A DNA stretch of 64,000 nt from positions 736,001-800,000 of the forward strand of contig CBDDEL010000017.1 in assembly GCA_965226885.1 (NCBI GenBank), read 5' to 3'. The notes beneath the pieces are model-generated. The model had not been told where the DNA came from. It saw nothing but the letters and a program-made list of their open reading frames with translations, and searched no databases. Origin of the DNA: Opitutales bacterium (GTDB lineage: Bacteria; Verrucomicrobiota; Verrucomicrobiia; Opitutales; UBA2987). Positions 53,867-64,000 of the stretch are shown piece after piece. The position numbers and the translations under genes were made by a program. Numbering within the stretch: the first letter of the stretch is position 1; each line of letters begins with the position of its first letter.

Positions 53867-54333
53867 ATGGGTTATCAACTGTCGATATGCGCGGAGGCGG
53901 TATATCCGGAATTACCCTTTGCAGAGAAGGTGGCAAAAATTGCCGAAGCCGGTTTTCGAGTGGAATTCTGGAAATGGAGAGAGCATAAGCTGGACATTTT
54001 TAGTGATGAAAGTATTCACGTCAGCAGCTTCGTCGGTTCCGGCGCGGGCAGCATGGTGGATGCCGAAACAAGCGGGGAATTTATTGCGGAAACGAAGGAA
54101 TTCTTTCCGGTGGCCCGGCAAATCGACTGCCGCAGCATGATCCTTCTGGCGGGTGAACTTGGGCCCCGAGGCGAAGTCATTTATCGAACGGAACCTAATC
54201 CCATTACCCGGTGGATCACCGCTCACAAAACTTTGACCGAAATCGCGGCCCTGGCGGGGACGTCGGCCTGGAAGCCTTTCCGTCTGGAGACAGCGATGAG
54301 GCCCTGGAACGCTTCCGGGAAATATTCAGTTAA
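53867..54333 (+). pseudogene. Hydroxypyruvate isomerase-like TIM-barrel protein with a large internal deletion
   Basis: YQLSICAE...GFRVEFW...EIAALA jumps out of frame to the C-terminal DVGLEAFPSGDSDEALERFREIFS*; the central ExLN/DxYH/QxAD motifs are absent. Confidence 0.75.
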
Positions 54334-55190
54334 CGGCGTCAAGTTGCCGTATTCTGCCATTCCGGTTTGAAATAGCTCCCTGGCCTGTTTATGTGGGCTA
54401 AAAAGAGCGAGTTTGCTTTTTGTCTTTTTTTGATTGTTTTTGGCGCAATCACCTCCTATTCTTTATTCCGTAACTTGTTACCGAAACCTTATTGGCCCAG
54501 ATTAGAATAAAATGAAATTGCGCTACGCAGTGATGGTCAGCCTCGGGATTGCCGCTGTTTTTGCCTTCTGGTGGATCGCCAAAGAAAAACCCAAACCGGA
54601 AACGATTACAGATGAGCCGATATCTGAAGAACTTCCAGCCCTCGATGAGAATTTAAAATATTCAGCAGTTCAGGCCGATCCGTCACCCGAGATAGATCAA
54701 GAGGCTGCGATAAGATCGTCAGAATTGGTGAATTTCATTTTGATAACTTCAGCTAACAGTTTAACGCCAAAAAATACATTTGAATATCTCGCCGAGTTGC
54801 TATCCCTTGGGGATAAAGCATGGCCAATGATCGAGGGTTTGTTAGTTTCAGATTACGAATCTGAACGTATTTTGGGCATTTTTTTGGCTTTGGAAGTGGG
54901 TGGATACACTGACGAAATAAAAGAGATCGTTTCTGAAGACCCATCCCCTTTTGTCCAGGCACAACCAAGTCTCTGGCTATTTCTCAACCACCGTTTTGAT
55001 GAATGGGAGAAGTTTTCAGAACAAATGGGTGAGTCCCTATCAAATTATCAAATCCAGAAACTATTTGAGTCCTTTGATAAAAATCCTCCAAGGATGGAAT
55101 CAATTCCACCTGGATTAACACATCTGGGGCTAACAAATCCTCTTGAAATTTATACGCGAGGCATGATTTCCAAAAACAGTAAATTTTTTG

Positions 55191-55992
55191 GGTAGTGTAT
55201 TAAGTAGGAATGGTGGCTAATTCTTGATTATATTGATGAATGAAAAGTCTCAGACAGGTTTCATGCATACTCTTAAGCTTGGAAAAGGAGAGGGTTTTGC
55301 GTGTGAAACGACCCAGTCGTTGGCGCAGGGTATTGTTCCATCGTTCCACATGGGCCGTTTCACCGGTTTCTTTTCCCACGAATCGGTTATGAGGAAAGAC
55401 TTCATCATAAGTGGACCAAAAGTCGCTGTAGGTGGCACATCTTTTGTAGGCCCGTGGCAGGCGCTCGTAAAGTTCCCGGCAACGATATCAATCCCGAGGC
55501 CCAATGGCATAGGAGAGGATTTGACGGGTGCGTCGGCAAAGAGCGATCCAAACCCATTGGGCATCGCTCTTGCGCCCCACAAAAGACCACAGTTCGTCCA
55601 GTTCAATGACATCATGACGGCGGGCCGCAAGAATCGTGCTTTTGAGCGATCGCAGCGATTGTCGTTTTTTTTAACCAACTCAAAACGGTGTTGGGACTCA
55701 CCCCGAAGGCGCGCTGTAAACCGCGTAGACTGCTGCGTTCCTGATAGACTCGAAGGATCATTTCTTTTTGCTCTTCGGTGTATTTCACTGTGGGGTTTTC
55801 TCGGCTTTGTTTACCACAATCATGGCAGCGGTAGCGCTGTTTATGGTTGGGCGTCTTGCCAAATTTAATGATATTTTCACTTCCACAGTGCCGACAATTA
55901 ATAATTTTAGTAACCATGCACTAAGAATAAACTGCCTAACGCTATTTGTACAGCTAAAAATACAAAATAACATTCTTTTTTTATACACTATC
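55191..55992 (-). mobile_element. IS1 copy 5 (802 bp), inactivated
   Basis: TSD ATTTTTTG; TIR mutated to ...ACTATC; insB has TGG->TGA (DWY->D*Y). Confidence 0.93.
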
Positions 55993-56304
55993 ATTTTTTG
56001 AACTGGTTTCCCGGGAAATTTTGGATGAATCAATTCCGCTGGAAAGGCGATACTCATTACTGGAAATAGTTCACGAGGCAAATCCTCAGGGTTATGATCT
56101 ATTTTTAAAAGAAATCATAGATTCTGAAATATTAGACACAACAATTTATCGAAGCGGTTTGGTTTACTACGGGGCTAAATCGTTCAGTACGGAAGATTTT
56201 CAGGCTTTAGAAAAAGTACCCATTAACATGCAAGGTAATATGGTTGTTTCCAAAACAATTACCGATGTTGATAAAAAAATTAAGAGTAATATAGATAAAA
56301 GCTA

Positions 56305-57636
56305 TGAAGTGGACGGGGTTGTTTGGACAATTTTGACGTGGGATTAAGGTGGAAATCGTGTTCATATTATTTTTTAAAAATATATTTTGTCCTTAGCCAA
56401 AGACGGGCACGCAGGTGCCCGCAAGCTGTATTGGCGGGGAGGTTGGTTTTGCTCCGATTGCATGGACTTCGGCCGGGGTCCGGTAGCCCAGGGCTTGGTG
56501 GGGGCGCAGGTGGTTGTAGAAGTCCAGGTAGCGGGCTATCCCTTCGCTGGCTTCCTTTGCCGTGGCGTATTCGCGCAGGTAAATGTCTTCATACTTGAGG
56601 GTTCTCCAAAAGCGTTCAACAAATATGTTGTCCAGGTAGCGGCCACGCCCGTCCATGCTGATGCGCACCCCGGCTTGCCCCAGCACCGAGGTGAACTCGC
56701 TGCCGGTAAACTGGCTGCCTTGATCGGTGTTGAAGATTTGAGGTTGGGCCCGCCTCAGAGCTTCCTCCAGGGCGAGCACACAGAAGCGGCTCTCCAGGGT
56801 GTTGGAAAGCTGCCAGCTCAACACGTAGCGGCTGAACCAGTCCAACACCACGGTCAAGAAAAGGAATCCTCGGCTCAGCCGCAGGTAAGTGATGTCGCTG
56901 CACCATACCTGGTCGGGCCGCTCGACCGCCAAACCCCGCAGCAGATAAGGGAAAATGCGGTGCTGCCGGTGCCCCTGGCTCAAGTTTCGACGCGGATAAA
57001 TAGCCTCCAGGCCCATTTGGCGCATGAGCCGCTGGATGCGGCCTCGTCCCACTGCATGGCCCTCTCGACGCAGCCACTGGGTCATCCGGCGAGAACCAAA
57101 AAACGGATATTGGGTGTAGAGCTCATCCATGCGATGCATGTAGAGAACGTTCTGCTCGCACTGGGCACGGGCCCGATAGTAATAGCTGCCGCGGGCCAGC
57201 CCCAGCAACTGACATTGCCTGCCGATACTGATTTTTCCTTGAAGTGGTTGCACCATCTTGCGCCTCTCACCAACCGAGTTGTTCAGACTTTTTTTTAGCC
57301 AATCGCATTCTACTTTCAGCTTTCCAATCTCCTGGTAAAGGTGATCTTTTTCCGTCTCGTTGTCCTTGCTGAGAGTCTGCCGCTGGCGCGAAAACAGCTC
57401 CGTTGCTCCCTGCAAAAGCTGCTTCTTCCATTGGGTCACCTGGTTGGGATGCACCTCAAAACGACCGGCGATCTCGTTGATGGTATGAGCGCCCCTGATG
57501 GCTTCCAGGGCCACCCGGGCTTTAAACTCAGCACCGTATTGTCTTCTCTTTCGTGATTTAATAACATTCATAGGTTAGCGGATTTAGTGGTTCAAGACCA
57601 CCTTATTCCACTGTCCAGTTTTCCCCGTCCATTTCA
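56305..57636 (-). mobile_element. IS3-family element (1332 bp); orfA and orfB in a single frame 56393..57571
   Basis: TG...CA ends with TIR TGAA(G/A)TGGACGGGG; 3-bp TSD CTA; HTH OrfA; WCSDITY, NTDQGSQF, DNIFVERFWRTLKYE. Confidence 0.93.
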
Positions 57637-58123
57637 CTACGAGGAATTTTCAGATCTTCAGAATCAACTAAATAATGTCTTAGATAACGAGGATTATGGG
57701 ACCTACAGAAAGTATTCAATGACTGTATATTACGCTGAACAATTGAAATATGATCCTAATAAAACACCAGATCCCGTTTTATTTGACCGCCTTTTTAACT
57801 ACCTTGAAGATTGTCAGGCTTTGGACTATGACCAGAAAAGAAATGTGGCGAATGCCCTTTATGTATTATGGCAACGCCAAAAACTTTTTTAGCCCATCAT
57901 GAAAGTTCTTTCATTCAAATACCACATCTTAACAGGATTTACGGGCTATTTTCTATTATCCTGTCTATCAGCCCTAGCAATCTATCCGGGGTTGCCTGAC
58001 CATCGGCCATTGGGTGAGGGAGAAAATATTACCTATAGCCTGAACGATCTTGATGATATTAGAGCAGTCGGAACCGAATTCGCCGACACAAGGTATGGAA
58101 ATTTTTTATCGTTTGATAATGTA

Positions 58124-58421
58124 GAGGCTGTCCCAAAAACCCGAATTTTGCGAATTGAGATATTCGACTCCGAACTGTAAGGGAACGTAAGTCATTCAAT
58201 TCCGTCAAAAACGCTGTATAAGGCCTCTTTTCGTTATAAATATAATCGCGTCAGACAGAGGTCTATGGTAGAATTGTATTTGAATATGCAAAACAAGAGA
58301 AAGGCTGACGGTGTTATAGACATCGAATTTGCCCAAAATCCCCCAAAAACGGTCTTTATGACAGCTTTATAAACAAGTTAACTTACTGTAAAACAAATGG
58401 TTATAACTTTGGGACAGCCTC
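58124..58421 (+). mobile_element. MITE-A copy 8
   Basis: TIRs; TSD TAATGTA. Confidence 0.95.
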
Positions 58422-58428
58422 TAATGTA

Positions 58429-60295
58429 GAGGCTGTCCCAAAAGGGTGATTTTTGCGAGGGGATTTTGAAGAGTGTTCATTTTAGTGGTATTTTCTTTTG
58501 GGAGGGGGTGACTTTGCTCTCCTATGACGTTAGGATTCTGGTTTTGGGGTCCGTTTGCCTGGTTTTCTTTGTATGGGCCGACAGTAGGCCTGTGAAAAAG
58601 TATTGTCCTTGCTTTTCCGGCCGACAGTAGGCCTGTGAAAAAGTATTGTCCTTGCTTTTCCGCTCTTTATTTAGGCCGCCGCTTTGGTTTTTAGTTCATC
58701 TTGCTGGGCCAGCATCTTGGCCACTTTCCATAGATTGTGCGAGAGGACCGACCAGGCTACGCTGATCGAGCGGTTGGCAAAGCCTTTGCTGCGCAATCGC
58801 CCGGCCTGCCAGCGATTCTTCAATACCCCGATCCGCCCTTCGGTGCTGGCCCGGCGCTTTTGCAATTGCCTGAAGTGTGGTTCCTCCATCCGTTTTTTCA
58901 ACTGCTTCGGATCGCGTGGACAGAGCGCATCGTAGATGCCCTCCTGGGCTAACTGCCGGCGGGCCCGCTGGGAGGCGAATCCCCGGTCCGCGCACATGGC
59001 CGCTATGGGTTCGGCTAGGTTGAAGCGGTTCTGTCTTTGCAAACTCTCTTGCATTTGTTCATTTTCGCTTGGCGTCCGGCTGCCGTAGAGTTTCCAGTCC
59101 AGCAGGTATCCTTCAACGCTTTCACCCAAAAACAGGGTGTTGCCAAACTCAACCTCTTGGCCCGCTTTGCCTCGCACAATCACCTGCGCATCGGGTTCGT
59201 AAACACTCAAAACTTTCTCTGCGTTTTTCACCTGGCGGCCGCCAATGATTCGCTCGTGCGCTTGCTTGATGACCACCGGGATTAGCTCGCTCATGCGCTC
59301 CATCCGGGTAAGGATCTGTTGGACCTGTTTTTCGCTGTAATCGCTTTGCTCCCAGCAGGCTTGCAATAATTCCCGGTGACTGCGGGCATGCTCCCCGATC
59401 CGTTTGAGCAGCTTTTTCATCTGCCTCAAGATACCCTTGCGTTGCCGCGCGCTGTCCTTTCGCCGCCGGCTGTGGGTCATCTGTATGCACAGCCGATTCA
59501 TCTGCCGAGCCAAGGGCTCCGGTTCGATCGGCATGCGATGGCGCAAACCGGCCTTCTCACGGATCAGCCGGATCGCTTTGAGCAGCGTGCCCGCTACATC
59601 CTTGAGCAGCACCCAGTCCGTCGGCCAATGAATGTTGACCTCCAAACAGGTGCCGTCGATCAGGCAAATGGTGGTGTCTATCGGCTTGTCCAATCCCACC
59701 ACCTGCCGGGCCAGATCGGCATCGCCCACAACCTCAGTCAAGGTCCGGTGCAAGGCCCTCAACTGCTCTTCGCTGAAAAACTTCGAGGCCCGTTCCAGGG
59801 TGCTCTTGGAGATGCCCCTTATGCCGTCGATATGGCGGACACGACAAAAGTCAGCCAACAGATCGCTGCTGCCCAGAGCCCTCGACAAATGCCGAAACGA
59901 AATCCCACCGAGCAGATAACGCAGCGTTTCCATACGCAACGCCTTGAGGGCAAAATTAGCCCGCTTTTGCCGGGCCTTTACGCTCATTGGCTGGCCTCTT
60001 TCCAAGGCCAGATCAACGCCCTGCGATTCCACCTCCGAATCGATCAGCAGCCGGTCGATACGCTCGATGGTGGCGCGAAAGTTATCGTAATCGAGGCAAC
60101 GGTCGACCACAGTTAAAGCTGGACGCAGGAGGCATTGGATGGCTATATTTTTCATAGAAAGGGCTATATTGATTTTCGCTAACGCAATTATAGAACCCTT
60201 TTTTAGCCGGAGCGAGCAAAAAAATGCTCTTTCCGGCTATTTTTATAAACGTCATCCAGTTGACTACAAAATCTTTATATTTTTGGGACAGCCTC
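58429..60295 (-). mobile_element. ISNCY (ISDol1-like) element copy 5 (1867 bp); transposase 58671..60155
   Basis: TSD TAATGTA shared with the adjacent MITE (three copies in total); 43-bp tandem duplication at 58576-58661. Confidence 0.95.
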
Positions 60296-60747
60296 TAATG
60301 TAGCGTACCTAACATTTGAAGAAGATGCAGACTTGTCTTTTAACAATCTGACAGGAATTCACTTCCGTTCGGATTCAGATTACCATGATTGGTTTACAAG
60401 AGGTAGCCGTCAGCTTGATCCTTTTTCTTCATTTAAAAACGATTTGTTCGTTTTACGAATTGGCAGTTATTTCAATTTACTGTTCGATGTAACTACAGAA
60501 TGGTCAAGCAATAAACTGGTAATCAAGAATGTGAGGGGGAGAGCTTTGTTGAACCCAAGCATTTTATTTGAACTCTACAGATATTTTCATTTCAGGAATA
60601 AATTGCAAAATGAAATAGACGGACAGCAAATAGGCAGAGACTCCAGAAAAGCTATAGTTGTTATTCATGGTTGGAATCGGACGTCCAATGATGATTCCTA
60701 TGACACATCAGATAACACTTGGGAGCTTTTGAAAAATAATTTAATTA

Positions 60748-62207
60748 CAATACCATCCCATAGGGGCGAGGCAAGCTTCGTAACCCATTGATAATCAATG
60801 TGAGTTTTTGACTTTTGGGGGAATCGAATTTTTGAAATTTTATCACATGTTTCTCTTTTATTGCTTTTGCCACCTTGTGCTGTCCCATAGGTTTTCAACC
60901 AAACCCAGGGAAATAAGCCTGCTGGGGAGTCGCTCGCATTCTAAAGCGTTCACCGGCTGTCCCATAGAAATCGAGCAAGTCCCGCAGGTTAAAGCGATCC
61001 CAAAGCACGCCTCTGACAAGTGTGAACAGGCGGACAAAACTATGCTCCCAGCGGCTCAACCAGGCCTGGAACCGGAGCAGCACATAGAGCAGCAAAGCGC
61101 TCCAAATCTGCCAGCGCACGGCATTGGCGCTATGGCCGAGGAAATCGCACAAGTTGAGCGTTTGTTTGATTTGGCGGAAGAAGGTTTCAATGGACCAGCG
61201 GCAGCGATACAGTTCGCTGATCGTATGGGGCGACCACTGCAAATTATTAGTCAAAAATTCCATCACTCGCCACTGGCCATCAATCTCCACCCATGCCGTT
61301 ACCCGGCGCATCGGCTGGGGATAATCCTGACGGGATTTTTTGTTCTTAAGGACCACCAGATCATCGCGCAAAATATTGCCCTTGGGCTTCTTGAGCAGCC
61401 TCTTGACACAGCGCAAGGCCATGTTCTTTTTGGCCCGGGTGACAAAGTAAATGCCCCTCAAGGACAAGTCAAAGAGGTGGGCCAAATCGATGTAGGCCTT
61501 GTCAAACAATACGATTTCACCGGCTTTGAGGGCGGCGCACATTTCACGGGCTCGTTTGGCGTCATTGTCCCTGGCCGTGTCGATGATGGCAAACCGGGGC
61601 AGAAAACTTTGCAAATCCAGGCGCAAGTGACATTTGGCAGCCGCCTTTCGCCGACGATGTTTAGCCCAATCCATGCAGTTGGCGACCAAACCGATAGTGG
61701 ACGAATCGACGATGTTGATAACGCGTTTGAAACGTCGGGGAAACCCCTTGAATTTACCACCCGCAAACCCCGGAGACAACGACTGCAAGTGCTTGAGCAC
61801 CGACCAAAACAGTTCTCCCGACATCGCGGCATCGCGATGCTTGTTGGCGTAGGAAAGCCCGTTGCGACTGGGAGCGCTGGCCCCCCGGATACTGGCCAGC
61901 AACCCTCTGTGATGAGCGAGTCCGTCACAGACATCATTAAGCCCAATAGCATGAGTGATCTGAGCATAGAGCAAACTAACGATATGGCTCCATGAACTGA
62001 AACTGCGAGCTTTCTTATCGACACCCTACTGGCGGGCCAACTTGGCCACCAGATGTCCCGGAATAAAATTGCAAAGCTGTCGCAGAACGCACACCTTGCA
62101 TTTGGCTGGATTTGCTTTTTGTTTTTTCATAGTAACCTGCTTCTAGTGAAACAGGCGAACAAGAGCAATTCCAGCCGTTTTGCGTTATTTCCTATGGGAT
62201 GCTATTG
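60748..62207 (-). mobile_element. IS4-family element no. 2 (DUF4372); transposase 60895..62130 with an in-frame TAG at 62026-62028
   Basis: TIR CAATA(C/G)CATCCCATAGG; VDSSTI, KAAAKCH, FDKAY, YRCRWSIETFFRQIKQ; no TSD. Confidence 0.9.
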
Positions 62208-62338
62208 AATAGTTTTGAATTATTTTTATGGCTTAGGCGCCGAACTTACCTTAAGCGCAATAGATAATTTTATTCAACGTTTGATAGTTGATGCGAAAAT
62301 TGCAAGATATTGTAATAAATGGTTTTTTAACTACACTA

Positions 62339-62636
62339 GAGGCTGTCCCAAAAACCCGAATTTTGCGAATTGAGATATTCGACTCCGAACTGTAAGGGAA
62401 CGTAAGTCATTCAATTCCGTCAAAAACGCTGTATAAGGCCTCTATTCGTTATAAATATAATCGCGTCAGACAGAGGTCTATGGTAGAATTGTATTTGAAT
62501 ATGCAAAACAAGAGAAAGGCTGACGGTGTTATAGACATCGAAATTGCCCAAAATTCCCTAAAAACGGTCTTTATGACAGCTTTATAAACAAGTTAACTTA
62601 CTGTAAAACAAATGGTTATAACTTTGGGACAGCCTC
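62339..62636 (+). mobile_element. MITE-A copy 9
   Basis: TIRs; TSD TACACTA. Confidence 0.95.
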
Positions 62637-63225
62637 TACACTACTCCGCACCTTTTTGTTGGACTATTATTTAATATTGGATTTTTAGGATTTCGAAAAG
62701 GAAACAAAATATTTTACCGAGGCACAGGAGAAGAAGATACTCCGAGTCCAAAAAATTCTTCAAAATACGACTTTCGTAATTCACCCCTCTTATTATGATG
62801 CTCTTAATCTGCGTGAAGCGATACTCACTGAAATAAGTGATGATTTCATATTAAAGGACGAGGGTATCCTTGACGATCTTCCGGAGGATTTTACCTTTGA
62901 AAGGTATCAGGAGAATTTGTGTTCTTCCCTTGAAAAACTAAAAGTAATTTCGGTTGGAAAAATACAATGGAAAAAATATGAAGAACTGATTGGCGAGATT
63001 ATAAAGCTTTGTTTTTTTCGCACCCTGACAAATGTAAAACCAAAAGAAAGAAATAGCGAGGGAATAATAATTCGTGATTGGATTGCTTCTAATCGTGCGG
63101 AAAGTGGATTTTGGGAAATGGTTCGACAACGTCATAAAGCAACACAAATCGTTTGGGAATGCAAGAATTATAGAGAACTTAAAGCTGATGATTTTCACCA
63201 ATGCAGTTATTATCTCAATAAGGTA

Positions 63226-63523
63226 GAGGCTGTCCCAAAAACCCGAATTTTGCGAATTGAGATATTCGACCCAGAACTGTAAGGGCACGTAAGTCATTCA
63301 ATTCCGTCAAAAACGCTGTATAAGGCCTCTATTCGTTATAAATATAATCGCGTCAGACAGAGGTCTATGGTAGAATTGTATTTGAATATGCAAAACAAGA
63401 GAAAGGCTGACGGTGTTATAGACATCGAAATTGCCCAAAATCCCCTAAAAACGGTCTTTATGACAGCTTTATAAACAAGTTAACTTACTTTAAAACAAAT
63501 GGTTATAACTTTGGGACAGCCTC
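63226..63523 (+). mobile_element. MITE-A copy 10
   Basis: TIRs; TSD TAAGGTA. Confidence 0.95.
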
Positions 63524-63723
63524 TAAGGTAAGTGGTAGCTTTGGTATCATTGTATTTCGTGGGGATAAGATTAAGAGCGGGTATTACTCACATCTGAAAA
63601 GAATTTCGATTCAACATGAAGGGGCAATTTTACTTCTATTAAGAGACAAGGATATTTTTGTATTTCTACGGCAAGCGATTAATGGAAAAATAAAAGAGGA
63701 CCATATTAACGATATCTATGATA

Positions 63724-64000
63724 GAGGCTGTCCCAAAGTTATAACCATTTGTTTTACAGTAAGTTAACTTGTTAATAAAGCTGTCATAAAGACCGTTTTT
63801 AGGGGATTTTGGGCAAATTCGATGTCTATAACACCGTCAGCCTTTCTCTTGTTTTGCATATTCAAATACAATTCTACCATAGACCTCTGTCTGACGCGAT
63901 TATATTTATAACGAATAGAGGCCTTATACAGCGTTTTTGACGGAATTGAATGACTTACGTTCCCTTACAGTTCGGAGTCGAATATCTCAATTCGCAAAAT
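63724..64000 (-). mobile_element. MITE-A copy 11 (inverted, runs off the window)
   Basis: TIR GAGGCTGTCCCAAAG preceded by TATGATA. Confidence 0.93.

Larger units (their letters stand above)
54512..57892 (+). pseudogene. Membrane-anchored helical protein (411 aa reconstructed), split by IS1 and IS3
   Basis: 54512..55190 + 56001..56304 + 57640..57892 = 1236 nt open frame after removing the ISs and one TSD each. Confidence 0.8.
57899..60747 (+). pseudogene. Secreted protein with an alpha/beta-hydrolase-like motif, split by MITE-A + IS and 3'-truncated by IS4
   Basis: Signal peptide. ...FDNV | AYLTFEEDADLSFNN... is in frame across the insertions. KAIVVIHGWN resembles a lipase oxyanion strand. 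Confidence 0.7.
62208..63723 (+). pseudogene. 3' part of a probable P-loop ATPase fused to a PD-(D/E)xK restriction-endonuclease-like domain; disrupted by three MITEs and a frameshift
   Basis: Reconstructed ...LLFNIGFLG...FVIHPSYYDALNL...WKKYEELI...IRDWIASN...VWECKNY..LKADDFHQCSYYLNKV | SGSFGIIVFRG...IKEDHINDIYD; extra A at about 62750. Confidence 0.65.

Noticed and set aside
52988..54511. Genomic island integrated at the yicC 3' end
   Set aside because: No integrase or direct repeat is nearby, and the next gene follows within a few nt as if operonic.

Overview
64-kb bacterial chromosome window. The housekeeping genes (rodA, rng, tyrS, acnA, STAS/PP2C, trpB, yicC, tRNA-Ala, tRNA-Asp) look Verrucomicrobia/Opitutales-like by my recognition, not by a search. 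The window is undergoing a large mobile-element expansion: about 22 kb (~35%) is IS or MITE DNA. It holds 5 copies of a 1.8-kb ISNCY (ISDol1-like) element, 11 copies of a ~298-bp MITE sharing its ends, 5 IS1, 2 IS4, 1 IS1634, 1 IS3 and 2 copies of a 190-bp IS1380-like MITE. Accessory blocks are a sulfur-scavenging operon after tRNA-Ala, an integrase at tRNA-Asp, a phosphonate/organophosphate catabolism operon, and a decaying cluster of five sulfotransferases plus glycosyltransferases with attC remnants. Several genes can be rebuilt in frame by removing insertions. The best candidate for an undescribed system is an AT-rich three-gene operon between rng and tyrS (40249..44003, minus strand), visible only after excising 2 MITEs and 2 IS1 copies. 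It encodes a stand-alone colicin-E3-like RNase, an ATGA-coupled 103-aa protein, and a 324-aa ImmA/IrrE-family metallopeptidase, suggesting a protease-triggered toxin-antitoxin or abortive-infection module. A second, shattered ATPase plus PD-(D/E)xK nuclease defence-like gene lies at the right end.
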